Source of the DNA: an uncultured Alphaproteobacteria bacterium
GTDB taxonomy: Bacteria > Pseudomonadota > Alphaproteobacteria > Rhizobiales > Hyphomicrobiaceae
DNA length: 64,000 nt
Assembly: GCA_963847865.1 (NCBI GenBank)
Contig: CAWKBL010000012.1
Coordinates: 967,411 to 1,031,410, forward strand
Direction of reading: 5' to 3'
Shown here: one piece after another, positions 29,481 to 40,043 of the stretch
How the letters are laid out: every line of letters begins with the position of its first letter
How positions within the stretch are numbered: the first letter of the stretch is position 1
Translations under genes and position numbers: made by a program
The notes under the pieces: model-generated
Told to the model about the DNA's origin: nothing
Seen by the model: only the letters and a program-made list of their open reading frames with translations
Database searches by the model: none

Positions 29481-30650
29481 CCACTCCGAGAGATACTTGC
29501 GCAAAGATTGCGCGAAGACTGCGTCGTCCGTGCTGCGAGTGCGCCGCGTAAGAGCCCATGCCGTGCCCCACAGAATTGCGATTCCGATCGTATTGACCAG
29601 GATCTGTAGGACAAAACCGTTACCGACTTCAACGAGGATCACCCACCCGGCGAGCGAAAGCACCGTTCCGAGGCAGAAGATTTCCAATGAATGCCGGCCG
29701 CAGCGCCCAACGCCCGTGGCCCAGGCGCGAGTAAGCCAGCCGCTTTGGGGCGACAGTAAGATCATCACGAGATATCCCAGTGCGACAACGTGTGCGAGCC
29801 GCCACGGCGAGAGGTAGCTCTTGTTGACGGGGCCGAGCAGATCGGCGGGAAGGATGCGCGCTGCTTCCAGGCCCGGGATCTGCGTCCAGGGTGCCGCGAC
29901 GAGAAATGCGAATCCGACATAGCCGAGCGCCAGACAAAGCAGCGCGCGCGAGAACGGTATGGCGCTGCGCCGGCTGAAGTGCGCTGTCATCGCGCCGATC
30001 GTCACCAGCAGTTGCCAGGCAAAGGGATTGAACACCCAGCCCTTGGCATGCTGATGGCTCGGCAGGTTCAGCTCCAGCAGGTTCGCGATTGCCCACACGG
30101 CCGTCGACAGGAACAGCGCGACCCACGGCTGGCGTGGCAGCAGCCACAGCACCACAGGCAGCCAAAACAGCAGCAGCACGATGTAGAGCGGCAGGATGTT
30201 CAGCATGTTGGGCTGATTGACGAGCGCCGCGGTCAGGATAGCGGCGCGGCCGGGGTCCTCGGCGAACACGTGGACGCCGATGTTGCGCACGTACATCGGA
30301 TTTTCAAACACGCCGGCGGCGAGCGTCAGCCCCAACGCGCAGACGACGACGAGCCCAATGTGCCACACGTAGAGATCGCGCACCCGATCGAGCACACGTG
30401 CCCCGCCGGCCCGGAACCCTTCGCCCTCGAAGGCGCGGCCGTAGGCCAGCACGGCGGAGAAGCCTGCGAGCAGGACGAACACCTCGGCGGCATCCGAGAA
30501 GCCGAAATTGCGCAGCGTGAACCTGGCGAGCTCGTTGCCCGGCACATGGTCCACGAAAATGAATAGGAGGGCCAGCCCGCGAAAGAAGTCTATTCGCAAG
30601 TCGCGCGGCGCACCCGAGCTGGTCGTGCCCAAGGGCATTGGTTTTTTCAC
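29457..30650 (-). CDS. OpgC/acyltransferase-3 family membrane protein
   Basis: 10-TM protein, N-terminal DFFRGLALLFIFVDH motif. Confidence 0.75.
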   Translation of the reverse strand: MKKPMPLGTTSSGAPRDLRIDFFRGLALLFIFVDHVPGNELARFTLRNFGFSDAAEVFVLLAGFSAVLAYGRAFEGEGFRAGGARVLDRVRDLYVWHIGLVVVCALGLTLAAGVFENPMYVRNIGVHVFAEDPGRAAILTAALVNQPNMLNILPLYIVLLLFWLPVVLWLLPRQPWVALFLSTAVWAIANLLELNLPSHQHAKGWVFNPFAWQLLVTIGAMTAHFSRRSAIPFSRALLCLALGYVGFAFLVAAPWTQIPGLEAARILPADLLGPVNKSYLSPWRLAHVVALGYLVMILLSPQSGWLTRAWATGVGRCGRHSLEIFCLGTVLSLAGWVILVEVGNGFVLQILVNTIGIAILWGTAWALTRRTRSTDDAVFAQSLRKYLSEWRSQLQRV

Positions 30651-30917
30651 CCTGCAGTCACTAGAGAGTCAGTACGGAACGCTAGAGCAAGCACGTTCCC
30701 GTCGGCGAGACAACGCGACATCGGTGCGGGTAGTTCCTGCCCAAAATTACGGCGCCGCGAGGGCCACAGGCGCCGGGCCTCGGGAACGAGGCCGGCGCGA
30801 CTGACGCGAATGTTATCATGAGCGCGCCAATTCCGCCCGAATTTCAGATTTAGTCGCCGCTCCCGCCGAACGCCACGTGTCCGGGCTCCCTGAGACCCGG
30901 CTGGCGCGCGCCGCCTT

Positions 30918-30940
30918 GCGGAGTGCGTGTTCCGCTTTTT
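30918..30940 (+). terminator. hairpin GCGGA-gtgcgtgt-TCCGC + T5
   Basis: Stem-loop with U-tract 7 nt before the tRNA gene. Confidence 0.3.
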
Positions 30941-30947
30941 GCGGGGA

Positions 30948-31019
30948 GAGGTTGTAGCTCAGTGGTAGAGCGCCCGGGATGCCGGGAGGCCGGGGGTTCA
31001 ATTCCCTTCGACTTCGCCA
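30948..31019 (+). tRNA. tRNA-like gene, identity undetermined; anticodon arm reads CCCGG-GATG-CCGGG (4-nt loop), so total length is 72 nt
   Basis: Acceptor GAGGTTG/CGACTTC (two G-U), D-arm GCTC-AGTGGTA-GAGC, T-loop TTCAATT, discriminator G, CCA. Confidence 0.5.
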
Positions 31020-31093
31020 AACGACTAGCTCATTTGGTAGAGCACAAGATTGGAATCTTGGGGTCGTGGGTTCGACTCCCACGTCGTTGACCA
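31019..31093 (+). tRNA. tRNA, probably Pro(NGG) or Thr(GGU); anticodon loop reads only 6 nt (TTGGAA) and pair 1-72 reads A-G
   Basis: D-arm GCTC-ATTTGGTA-GAGC, anticodon stem CAAGA/TCTTG, variable GGGTC, T-arm GTGGG-TTCGACT-CCCAC, acceptor 3' GTCGTTG-A-CCA. Confidence 0.6.
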
Positions 31094-31417
31094 TGTCCAT
31101 GCCAAGGACACTCGCCTGTTAAGCGAGCTTGAAAATCGGGGAAGCCGGCCGCTTCCCGGCCCGATCGCCCACCGCCCGAAGCTCCGGCCGAGGGCGGGAG
31201 CGAACGGGCAAGCGCTGAGGTGCTCTGTGCCGGAGCGGATACCGCCCGGCCGCAAAGCCTGAGCCCAGGCACCGGCACGTTCCGTCCCAGGACGGGACGT
31301 GGACGCAGCCTGAGGTGTATGGTGGCGCGGCCGGGCTCAAGCTCCGGCCCGCGTCCGCAGCGTGGGGTGTGGCCGGCAACCTCCCATTGCGTTCGTAGCG
31401 TGCGTCGGAGACCTCAG

Positions 31418-32584
31418 ATGCGCAGGTTCGGTTTTTGGTTCGAGTTGGTGGTGAAGGACGACGAGCGCGCGTTCCTCGCCCGCGACGGCCGCTTCGTGCG
31501 GCTGCTGCAACCTGGCCGCTTCACCGCCTTCGATCCGGGCGCCCACCTCGTCGCGGAGGTCGTCAAGGTGGTGCGATCCGAGATCGCCACCGAGAAGGCG
31601 CTGCTGCTGCAGAGGACGCATCTGCCGGTCGCCGAGCAGAACTTCGAGATCGTGCACGTCGGCTCCAACGAGGTCGCGATCGTGTCCTTCGACGGCGAGC
31701 CCAAGCACCTGGTGCTGCCCAACACGACGCGCGCGTTCTGGAAGACGCTGACCGACGTCGGTGTCGAAAGGATCGATACCGCGGCCGACCTGCGCGTCGC
31801 CAAGCACTATCTCGACAAGCTCGACCTGGCGCGGGCCGGCGCGGTCGTCGTTTCCGCGGTCGTGGAGGCGCACGAGGCCGGTCTGCTGATGATCGACGGC
31901 GAGCTGAAGGAGCGCCTGGCGCCCGGGCGCCACGCGTTCTGGCAGGTTGGGCGCACGGTCAAGGTCGCCAGGATCGACCTGCGCCCGCAGCCCTTGGAGA
32001 TCACGGCACAGGAGATCCTGACCAAGGACCGCATCGGCATCCGCGTGACGCTCACGGCGTTCACCAAGGTCACCGATCCGGAGAAGGCCGCACTCGCGAC
32101 GGCGGACGTGCCCGGCACGCTCTACCGGCTCGTGCAGTTCGCGATCCGCGAGGCCGTGGCGACGCGCACGCTCGATGACATCCTCGCCGCCCGCGATACG
32201 ATCGACAACGAGGTGCGGGCGTTCGTCACCGCGCGCGCCCATGCGCTGGGCGCCGAGGTAGGCGAGATCGGCGTCAAGGACGTGATCCTGCCGGGTGACG
32301 TGCGCGAGCTTCTGAACAAGGTCGTGGAGGCGGAGCGCGTGGCCAAGGCCAACCTCATTCGCCGCCAGGAGGAGACGGCGGCGACGCGCTCGCTGCTCAA
32401 CACCTCCAAGCTCATGGAGGACAACCCGCTGCTCCTGCGCTTGAAGGAGCTGGAGGCGCTGGAGAAGCTCGTGGAGAAGGTCGGCCGCATCGACCTGCAC
32501 GCAGGGCCAGGTGCCGGCGGGTTCGATGCGCTGCTGCAGAACCTCTACCAGCTCGGCCGCGACAAGGACGAGCCCAAGACCTGA
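31418..32584 (+). CDS. SPFH/band-7 domain protein (stomatin/flotillin-like) with coiled-coil C-terminus
   Basis: 388 aa; SPFH core plus Glu/Arg-rich coiled coil; long GC-rich leader after the tRNAs. Confidence 0.8.
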   Translation: MRRFGFWFELVVKDDERAFLARDGRFVRLLQPGRFTAFDPGAHLVAEVVKVVRSEIATEKALLLQRTHLPVAEQNFEIVHVGSNEVAIVSFDGEPKHLVLPNTTRAFWKTLTDVGVERIDTAADLRVAKHYLDKLDLARAGAVVVSAVVEAHEAGLLMIDGELKERLAPGRHAFWQVGRTVKVARIDLRPQPLEITAQEILTKDRIGIRVTLTAFTKVTDPEKAALATADVPGTLYRLVQFAIREAVATRTLDDILAARDTIDNEVRAFVTARAHALGAEVGEIGVKDVILPGDVRELLNKVVEAERVAKANLIRRQEETAATRSLLNTSKLMEDNPLLLRLKELEALEKLVEKVGRIDLHAGPGAGGFDALLQNLYQLGRDKDEPKT

Positions 32585-32586
32585 GC

Positions 32587-33612
32587 CTAGGCGGCACCAC
32601 CCAGCAGCGCGACGGCGGCGGCGGGAGCGCAAGCCGTCGCCCAGCCCCGAGCGTCATCGGCCGCATCGATAAGGTCGCCGAACAGCCGGCAGGAGCGCCC
32701 GAGGTCTGCGGCAAGTGCCGCGATGAGACTTGCGCCGATGCCGGCGGCGATGATCGGCGCTCCGCCGGGGATTGGCGTCGCCACCAGCACCTGGGCCGCT
32801 GCCGCGGCAAGCCCGTGCATCTGTTGATCCGCGATGGCGCGGGCGGCGTCGCGCCAGTCGCCGAGAAGCGCCTCCGCCCGGTCGCGGCCGAAGCAGCGTG
32901 CAAAGCGCGCAAGGCTCTCCTCCAGCGATACGCCGCGGCGGTCCGCCGTCTCGTGCTGGTCGACATCTGCGTGCAGCTCGCCGAGGATGCGGCGGACATC
33001 GGCCATGGTGGCGAAGTTGCCGGCGGCAAGGCGCTGCTTGTGCCCCCGCAGCGGCGCCTCGTGCGCGATCGCCGTCACGTCGGTGCGCGTGAGGCCCGTG
33101 TAGACGAGCTCGCCCGTTGTGAGCCGATCGCCGTCGGTGAGACCGCGCGGGGCCGCCGCACCCCCGGCGACGGGAATGATGTCGGTCGTGGTCGAGCCCA
33201 TGTCGATGAGCAGGCCGTCGCCGCACCGCTGGGCGACGATCGCGGCGGAGGCGAGAAAGTTGGTGGACGCGACGGCGGCCGTCTCTATCCGCGCCTCCTG
33301 CGCACTGCCGAAGCCGAGCGGACCCATCCATATGCGTGTTTGCTGGCCGAGACGGGAGACCAGACGGTCGACGATGCTAGCGACGCCCGTGGCGCGGTCG
33401 GGGAACAGCTCGCACAGCTCTCCCGTCATGGTTGCGGCGTGGCGTTGCGCCCGCGCCGTGAGCGGCTCAGCCTCGCGCAGGGCCGCGTCGAGGCGGTCGA
33501 GGCCCTGCCACAGCGGGCAAGCGATCTGCCGGACGGCGATAATGCGCCCGCGATCGGCCAGCGCCACCTTGAGGTGTGCACCCCCCACGTCGTAGCCGGC
33601 CGTGACGGTCAT
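32587..33612 (-). CDS. hydantoinase/oxoprolinase-family protein (H4MPT-linked C1 transfer pathway protein)
   Basis: Actin-like ATPase fold motifs (GYDVGGAHLKVAL..., IDMGSTTTD). Confidence 0.65.
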   Translation of the reverse strand: MTVTAGYDVGGAHLKVALADRGRIIAVRQIACPLWQGLDRLDAALREAEPLTARAQRHAATMTGELCELFPDRATGVASIVDRLVSRLGQQTRIWMGPLGFGSAQEARIETAAVASTNFLASAAIVAQRCGDGLLIDMGSTTTDIIPVAGGAAAPRGLTDGDRLTTGELVYTGLTRTDVTAIAHEAPLRGHKQRLAAGNFATMADVRRILGELHADVDQHETADRRGVSLEESLARFARCFGRDRAEALLGDWRDAARAIADQQMHGLAAAAAQVLVATPIPGGAPIIAAGIGASLIAALAADLGRSCRLFGDLIDAADDARGWATACAPAAAVALLGGAA

Positions 33613-33695
33613 CGGGACACTCCGCGCCTGGCGCCCGCCCTTGGTCGTTGTGGGCGCTTGGCCGTGATACACGAGGCTTGCGCGGAGGCAAGGCA

Positions 33696-34418
33696 ATGGA
33701 CGTCATCCCGGTTATCGACGTGCAGCACGGGCAGGCGGTGCATGCCGTGCGCGGGGCGCGCGCCGGCTACCGGCCGCTTCAGACGCCGCTCGCTGAAGGG
33801 AGCGATCCCGTGGCGGTGGCGCTGGGCCTCAGGTCACTGTTTGCGTTCCCCGTGCTGTACCTCGCCGACCTCGACGGCATCGAGGGGCGCGGGCGCAACG
33901 CCGCGTTGCCGGAGGCCCTGGCCGAAGCGCTGCCGGGCGTCGAGTTCTGGATCGACGACGGAGCGCCGGTGCGCGACGCCCTGCAAAACCTCTCGGGCGT
34001 AAACGCAGTGCCGGTGCTGGGCTCGGAAGGGCTCCGCAGCGAAGCCGACGTCGCGGCCCTGCGCGCGCTCCCGCCCGATCGCTATGTGCTGTCCCTCGAT
34101 TTCAAGGACGACCGCTTCGACGGGGCACCAGGGGTTCTTGCCGAGGCGGCGGCCTGGCCGCAGCGCGTCATCGTGATGACGCTCGCCCGCGTCGGCAGCG
34201 GGGAGGGGCCGGATATCGGAAAGATCAGCGCCATCGTCGCCAGGGCCGGTGCACGGGCCGTCTATGCGGCCGGCGGCGTGCGCCACGCCGGCGACGTCGA
34301 AACCTTGCGCTCGGCGGGCGCGGCGGGCGTGCTCGTTGCCAGCGCGCTGCATTCCAATGCAATTACGGCCGGCGATCTTAGAAAGATCGCCGGCCGGAGT
34401 GTCGTGCGAGGAGGTTGA
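33696..34418 (+). CDS. HisA/HisF-like (beta/alpha)8 barrel protein (H4MPT biosynthesis-associated)
   Basis: MDVIPVIDVQHGQAVHAVRG...; C-terminal GGVR...D motif. Confidence 0.65.
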   Translation: MDVIPVIDVQHGQAVHAVRGARAGYRPLQTPLAEGSDPVAVALGLRSLFAFPVLYLADLDGIEGRGRNAALPEALAEALPGVEFWIDDGAPVRDALQNLSGVNAVPVLGSEGLRSEADVAALRALPPDRYVLSLDFKDDRFDGAPGVLAEAAAWPQRVIVMTLARVGSGEGPDIGKISAIVARAGARAVYAAGGVRHAGDVETLRSAGAAGVLVASALHSNAITAGDLRKIAGRSVVRGG

Positions 34419-34535
34419 GCAGAGCGGCGTGTCGGGGCTCTACCCCTTCCATCGGCCTGTAAGCAGTCTACCCAATCGCTTCAGCAGACCCCCATTCATC
34501 GGAGGGGTATCATCCTGCTGTGGACGGTTTCCGCT

Positions 34536-35048
34536 TCAAGTCTTCGCACCGAACGGATGCTGCGCGGTGTTGCGCTGAGCGGTCGCCTCGGCGGCGGTCG
34601 GCTTGCCGGCGATGGCACGCGCGATCAACTCCTTGACGGCCCGGTAGTTGTAGTCCTGGATCTTGGAGTCGTCGGCGGCTTCCCAGTGGATGAACACGCC
34701 AACGCAGATGAAGATGTCATCTGCCTCTGTCGCCGGGATCACGCCTTCGGCAACCGAGTCCTGCACGGCCTTGGCGACCGCGTACTGCGCAGGGCCGAAC
34801 ATCTGAACGGCTTGGCGCGCGTCCTTGATGGTGACCTTGTTGTAAAGGATCGTGTTCGGCTTGCACTGCAGGTTCGGAGCGATGACGGCGAGAAGCGTCG
34901 TGAAGCCGTCCTTGTTGTTCGTCAGGGCGTTGCAGAAGGCCGTTTCAGCGGCGCTGCCGCGCGGACCCATGAGCAGGTCGATGTGCGCGACTTCGTTGCC
35001 GTCGCCGACCAGCAACTCGCCGATCAGAACCTTGTTAACCTTGGCCAT
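34536..35048 (-). CDS. fae: formaldehyde-activating enzyme
   Basis: [32 protein letters not shown]...; 170 aa; GGGAGGAAC RBS. Confidence 0.92.
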   Translation of the reverse strand: MAKVNKVLIGELLVGDGNEVAHIDLLMGPRGSAAETAFCNALTNNKDGFTTLLAVIAPNLQCKPNTILYNKVTIKDARQAVQMFGPAQYAVAKAVQDSVAEGVIPATEADDIFICVGVFIHWEAADDSKIQDYNYRAVKELIARAIAGKPTAAEATAQRNTAQHPFGAKT

Positions 35049-35238
35049 TTCGGGGTTCCTCCCATAGCTAAAAATACCACGAGCACCAACGCGACCCCGC
35101 TTTAAGCCGGGCTCTCGCCGGTTCTGCCCAATCTCTTAGCCATCCCTGTTATCTGCGATCGGCGACGATCTAGTCCCCGAACCGGTTGGCCGGATAGCGG
35201 CGCCCTTTAGCGCCGCGCCTAGATAACGCTAGGTGCCC

Positions 35239-36117
35239 TCACTCGACAAGGGGGTTAGACGGGCTTGACAGGCCCAATTGGCGGCTAATTGCAGCGGCAA
35301 AAAGGGTTGCGACGACAAAGTCGGCGGTGGTGCCCGGATTGAGGCGGCGTGCCTTCAAGTCGGCATCGAACGCCAGCAGGGCCTCGAAGCTATCGGGTCC
35401 GGCAGCCGGGTCCCACAGCGGGGCCCGCCGGCGGGCTTCTTCGCGCACGGCCTCCGCCTCCCCCGCCCCGTGCTTGCGGGCGATATGGCTGTCGGGGGCT
35501 TGGGCGAGATAGGCCATATGCAGCGTCGTAACCATGAGCGCCGGATCGGAAGTATGCAGGGCCGCCCGCTCCAGCGCCGGCAGCCCGAACTCGAACACCT
35601 CCGCGAAATCCGTGACGTAGGCCCGCGCGATGCGATCGCGCCCCGCCGCGAGCGCCATCGCCTGGCGCAAGCTCACGGTGGGGGCAGCACAGACATCCTG
35701 CTCCGGCGCGCTGCCGAGGCCGCCGGGGTTGGCGCGCCGGATCGCTTCGAAGACGGCCGCGGCGTCAGCTTCATCGAGGTCCGCGAGCACCCTTCGGATG
35801 CGATCGCGCAAGGTGCCCGCGAGGCTGTCTTGCGCGGCGGCAGCGAGCGGGGCCGACAGCAGCAGAATTCCAAGGTTCGTGTTGCAGCCCGCCGCGGATA
35901 GCGAAGCGTCCACCGCGCGCAGGATGCGTTCACCGACCGCCAAGCGCGAACCTGCGATCCAGGGCGCCGCCGCCGAGGCTGCCGCCTCGAACTGTGCCGC
36001 TTCCATGTCGTGGCCGCCGGCGTGGACGTGGACGTTGCCCGGCTTCAAGGCGGTAAGCTCGGCGCGGCAGGCGGTGAGAAAAAGACGGCCGACCTCGGCT
36101 TCGCTCAAGCCGGGCAT
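35239..36117 (-). CDS. triphosphoribosyl-dephospho-CoA synthase (CitG/MdcB)-like protein
   Basis: 292 aa; CitG-like ATP-binding region; conserved in methylotroph H4MPT cluster. Confidence 0.65.
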   Translation of the reverse strand: MPGLSEAEVGRLFLTACRAELTALKPGNVHVHAGGHDMEAAQFEAAASAAAPWIAGSRLAVGERILRAVDASLSAAGCNTNLGILLLSAPLAAAAQDSLAGTLRDRIRRVLADLDEADAAAVFEAIRRANPGGLGSAPEQDVCAAPTVSLRQAMALAAGRDRIARAYVTDFAEVFEFGLPALERAALHTSDPALMVTTLHMAYLAQAPDSHIARKHGAGEAEAVREEARRRAPLWDPAAGPDSFEALLAFDADLKARRLNPGTTADFVVATLFAAAISRQLGLSSPSNPLVE

Positions 36118-37058
36118 TGGCGCAGGCTCATGTGCGCGCGCACGGCGAGCAGAAAATCCTCAACGACGGCGTCGGCAACGTCGACGTCGGAAACGCTCTG
36201 CAGCCCGCGCCAGGACGGGTTGGAGTTGACCTCCAGCACCATGAGCTTGCCATCGGGCGCACGGATCAGATCGACGCCCGCGTAGTCGGCATCGACGGCC
36301 GCCAGTGCGGCGGTCGCAAGCTCCACCATCTCGGCCGTGGGGACGCAAGCGACCGGCGAGCCGCCCTGGTGCACGTTGGTGATCCAGCTGCCGCCCCTGC
36401 GGCCCATCGCGGCGATGGGACGCGTTCTCGTGGCGATGATGCGCCAGTCCTCGAAAGTCGTGCCGGAGGGGGGCACATAGTCCTGCAGGTAATAGATGTT
36501 GTCGGCGGCCTCGGGCGCCGGCAGATCGTCAAGGCTCTCGATACGCAAGAGCCCTTTGCCCTGCGAGCCGAACAGCGGCTTGTAGATCAGCGGGCGGCCC
36601 GCGCCGCGAACGTGCTCGGCGGCTGGGACGTCGCCCTCGACGGTGCGCGTTACCGGCGTCGGGATGCCGGCCTTGTGCAGGAGAAAGGTCGTCATCGATT
36701 TGTCGACGCAGCGCTCAATCGCGCGCGCATCGTTCCACACGCGCACGTTGCTCTCGCGCAAGGCGTGCAGCAGCCCGAGCCGGAAGGTGATCTGTTCCAG
36801 CGTTCCCGCCGAGATCGAGCGCACGAACACGCCATCGGGCAATCCTCCGTCGAACCCGGGGATGTCGATGCCGCTCGGCGCTTGCGTATCGAAGGCGCAG
36901 CGGGGCAGCGAGGTCACGACGACGGACGCCCCGCGCCGGCGCATGGCGTCGGCGAGCCGGCGCACGTGCCAGTTCCCGCTCTCTTCCTCGAGGAACAGAG
37001 CGATGCGCGGGCCGGTCGAGGCCTCAGCGGAAGCTTGCGTCAACGATCTCTGGAGCAA
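36105..37058 (-). CDS. ATP-grasp protein, RimK-like (candidate H4MPT glutamate ligase)
   Basis: ATP-grasp fold motifs ([26 protein letters not shown]). Confidence 0.65.
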   Translation of the reverse strand: MLQRSLTQASAEASTGPRIALFLEEESGNWHVRRLADAMRRRGASVVVTSLPRCAFDTQAPSGIDIPGFDGGLPDGVFVRSISAGTLEQITFRLGLLHALRESNVRVWNDARAIERCVDKSMTTFLLHKAGIPTPVTRTVEGDVPAAEHVRGAGRPLIYKPLFGSQGKGLLRIESLDDLPAPEAADNIYYLQDYVPPSGTTFEDWRIIATRTRPIAAMGRRGGSWITNVHQGGSPVACVPTAEMVELATAALAAVDADYAGVDLIRAPDGKLMVLEVNSNPSWRGLQSVSDVDVADAVVEDFLLAVRAHMSLRQCPA

Positions 37059-37994
37059 GTTCGCCAGCGTGGAAGGATGAGCCGGTGTCGAGATTGGAAA
37101 CGGTGACCGCGGCGGGGCTGAACAACATGGGATCGATCTTGTAGAAGTCGCCGTTGACGGCGGCGAAGATCTCGGCGAACGGCTTGCCGTAGGAGGCGCT
37201 TCCCCGGCTCGGGAGCTCGTCGGCGAGCTTTTTGGCCGCCTCGTCGCTGCCGCGCACGAAAAGCTCCACGCGGCCGCCGTAGATGATGGCGTCGTTGGTG
37301 CGCCCCATGGCCTTTACGAAATCAGGCACGGGCGGCGCGATCGGCGCGGTGCCCACGCCATCCTCAATGTGGTCCAGCGGGAAGTGCAGCTCGTGCGCTT
37401 TGTGCAGCGCCACCTCGAGCACGCGGGCGACGACCTGCGTGCTGCCGGCGAGGCTTCCCGTGGGGGCGAACAGGATGGTGAGGTCGGCGGGCGCCACGCC
37501 GCAATCGCTGGCGACCTTGCGCACGAGCGCAGGCGGGGGCGGCTTGTCGCCTTCGATGACGAGCGCGGCCTTGCTGTAATGATCGACGTAGTCCAGCTCC
37601 TTGAACAGCTCCTCCTTGCGCGACAAGGCCCGGGCAGGGCCCGATCCGAGGGCGAAGAAGCCGGTCTCCTCATCGCTCATGGTCCAGCCGCCGTACTGGC
37701 TGCCGAGACAGGCGAGCACGGGGTTGGAGGAGTGAACGGTGACGCCGAGCGGCCAGCGCGCGACGCCCGATGCCGTGTTGAAGGTCACGATGCCGAGGCC
37801 GCCCATGCAGATCTCGGCGAGCCGCCGTCCGGCTTCGAGACCTCCGGGCGTCGCCGCGCCAAGATCGATACGGCGCTCGCCCGCCTCTCCGATCGAGACG
37901 ATGCAGCGCAAGGCGGCGGCGTCGGCGACGAGGGCGTCAACGAGCTTGGCCGCTCGCGCCGAAACGCTCGGGGCGGGGCCGAGGTATTTTTGCA
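37024..37994 (-). CDS. mch: methenyl-H4MPT cyclohydrolase
   Basis: 323 aa from MQKYLGPAP; Mch-like sequence throughout; N-terminal extension in the track ORF is spurious. Confidence 0.85.
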
Positions 37995-39127
37995 TTCGTG
38001 TGCTCCGTGTCTGCCGCCCGTCCATATAGCATGCGAGCCAATTCGTCCAAGCGCCGTCGGCAATTGTCGGCGGCAGCTGTAGCGGTTTCGCCGGACGCAA
38101 AGACCGTCGCGACGGGCTTGTGGCGCGGGATTGAGGTGCCGGGCATGGGCCGATCGGCCGTCCATTGCGGCCAGGACGGGGTCCCCACCGTGAGGGCATC
38201 GCTGTCGGCATAGAGAATGGCGGCCGCGCGCGGCCCCTGCGGCGCCGGCAGCGTGAAGTCATGGCCGCGGCAGGCCGCGATATGCGCTGCAAAGAGGCCG
38301 CCTGAGGCGTCGTCGAAGAGGTCGAGCGTGGCGCTGGGACGGGGGTTGGCCTCCAACAGGAATGGAACGCCGTTCTCGAGCAGGAAATCGAAGGAAACGA
38401 GCCCGACGAGCCCGAGGGCGCCGCAGACGGCCTCGACCGCCGCCGTCATGCGCGTCTCGATCGCCTCCCCGAGGCGGACAGGGCCGGCCGCGCCGCCATA
38501 TCGGAAGGGGCGGGGCTCGACGCCGACGACCCATTGGCGGCTAAAGCCCGCGATGGCGACGGAGCGGGCACCGGCCACGGCAAGCACTGAGACCGGCTCG
38601 CCGCCCATCCGGCGCTGGAAGTAGCGGGCGCGGCTCGTCTTTGCCAACGGACAGGCGAGGACGTGGGCGCCGCCGCTTCCCCCGATGCGTTTGGAAAGCC
38701 ATCCGTGCGGATCTTGCGGGGGCGCAAGGCGCGTTTCGGGATGAGGGATAGCAAGGGCATCGAGCAGCGGGAAAAAAGCGGCTGGGTCCTTTGCTCGCGC
38801 GATTGCTTCGGCTCCGTTGCCGAGGAGCGAGACGTGCCGCTCGAGCGTCGCGACGAGCTTGGGCGTGTCCTCAAAGCCCGACCCCAGCACGAGCCCGATG
38901 GGCGGGCGCTTGCCCTCGCCTGCGAGCGCGTGAAGCGCCGCCAGCAGCGGCCGGGCGCGGAAGCCGGCGCGCGTCGCTTGCGCAAGGCAGCGATGGGCGC
39001 CGGCACCGGCGCGCATATCGGCGTCCCCGAAAGCGTCGACGACCAACGGGGTCAAACCTGCGCGCAGGGCAGAGGCTGCAAGCGCCCGCCCTGACAGCGC
39101 GGCAATGAGAACTGTGTCCTGCGTCAA
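37937..39127 (-). CDS. ATP-grasp domain protein (H4MPT biosynthesis, orf5-like); 3' end overlaps mch start, possible frameshift
   Basis: ATP-grasp architecture; operon position between mtdB and mch. Confidence 0.55.
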   Translation of the reverse strand: MTQDTVLIAALSGRALAASALRAGLTPLVVDAFGDADMRAGAGAHRCLAQATRAGFRARPLLAALHALAGEGKRPPIGLVLGSGFEDTPKLVATLERHVSLLGNGAEAIARAKDPAAFFPLLDALAIPHPETRLAPPQDPHGWLSKRIGGSGGAHVLACPLAKTSRARYFQRRMGGEPVSVLAVAGARSVAIAGFSRQWVVGVEPRPFRYGGAAGPVRLGEAIETRMTAAVEAVCGALGLVGLVSFDFLLENGVPFLLEANPRPSATLDLFDDASGGLFAAHIAACRGHDFTLPAPQGPRAAAILYADSDALTVGTPSWPQWTADRPMPGTSIPRHKPVATVFASGETATAAADNCRRRLDELARMLYGRAADTEHTNAKIPRPRPERFGASGQAR

Positions 39128-40023
39128 GTCGTGAAGGTCCGCGCCAGCTGGAAGGCGTCGCGGAAGTCGAGATGCAGCGCCTTGTCGGAGGTGAGCATCT
39201 GCTTGAACAGGCCCGCTTCCGTCTTGTACTTGACGTCGCCGATGGCAAGCGGACCGACGCCGAGCGCGTTGCAGCCGGGCAGTGGCGCGCCATCCATGAA
39301 CAGCTCCATGCCCTCGACGCCTGGTGGCGGCACCGCGTTCACGTCGGCGACGACGAGCAGGTTCCTGGCCAGCGCCTTGTCGGCGGCGGAGATGACGCGC
39401 ACGCCGGCGGCTGCGGCGGCGAAAATCACCTCGGCGTCGGCGATGATGGCGTTCTTCTGCTCGGGCGTCTCTCCGGGGGCGGGCTCGAGGTCGACGCCGA
39501 AGCGCTCTTTTGAGATGGCGGCCGATTTGACGACGCGATCAACGCCGCGGTGCGCGACGAGCTTTACCTTGGCGCCCTCGAGCGCGGCAATGATAGAGGA
39601 GGCAAAGCCGACGACGCCGGTCGCACCGAACACCGCGACGCGGGTGTCCTTCCAGCCGCGGTTGAATTTCTTGAGCAGAACGCGCTCGACGCAGGCGACC
39701 ATTGCGGCAGCCGTTGTGAAGGAGCCGGCGGGATCGGCGAAGGTCGATAACTCGAACGGCGGAACCAGCCCCTTTTTTGCCGCGTCCATCATGTCGAGCG
39801 CCAGCAGCGCATCCTTGCCGCCGATGAAGATGCCTGTGCGAACTCCGTCGCTGGGAGGACGGGAAAAAATGGCGTCCTGCACCAGGCCCGTCACTTCCTC
39901 GACCGTCACGTTGATGTAGGGCACGATCACCTTGTAACCGGCGTCTGCGGCCATGTTCACGTCGAAGGGGCTCATGTGTTTCTGCGGTGAGAACATGTGC
40001 AGTATCGGAGTGGCATCGCTCAT
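39124..40023 (-). CDS. mtdB: NAD(P)-dependent methylene-H4MPT dehydrogenase
   Basis: 299 aa; Rossmann GATGVVG; MtdA/MtdB family. Confidence 0.8.
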   Translation of the reverse strand: MSDATPILHMFSPQKHMSPFDVNMAADAGYKVIVPYINVTVEEVTGLVQDAIFSRPPSDGVRTGIFIGGKDALLALDMMDAAKKGLVPPFELSTFADPAGSFTTAAAMVACVERVLLKKFNRGWKDTRVAVFGATGVVGFASSIIAALEGAKVKLVAHRGVDRVVKSAAISKERFGVDLEPAPGETPEQKNAIIADAEVIFAAAAAGVRVISAADKALARNLLVVADVNAVPPPGVEGMELFMDGAPLPGCNALGVGPLAIGDVKYKTEAGLFKQMLTSDKALHLDFRDAFQLARTFTT

Positions 40024-40043
40024 AGGTGTCCCCTCGTCTCTTA

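Noticed and set aside
32815-34002. 395-aa plus-strand ORF overlapping the hydantoinase-like and HisA/F-like genes
   Set aside because: It is antisense or out of frame relative to two well-supported genes and has no motifs.
35199-35233. Two short hairpins (GCGGCGC-ccttta-GCGCCGC and CCTAG-ataacg-CTAGG) after the CitG-like gene stop
   Set aside because: There is no U-tract, and they lie within the probable fae promoter region. They are noted but too weak to call a terminator or operator.
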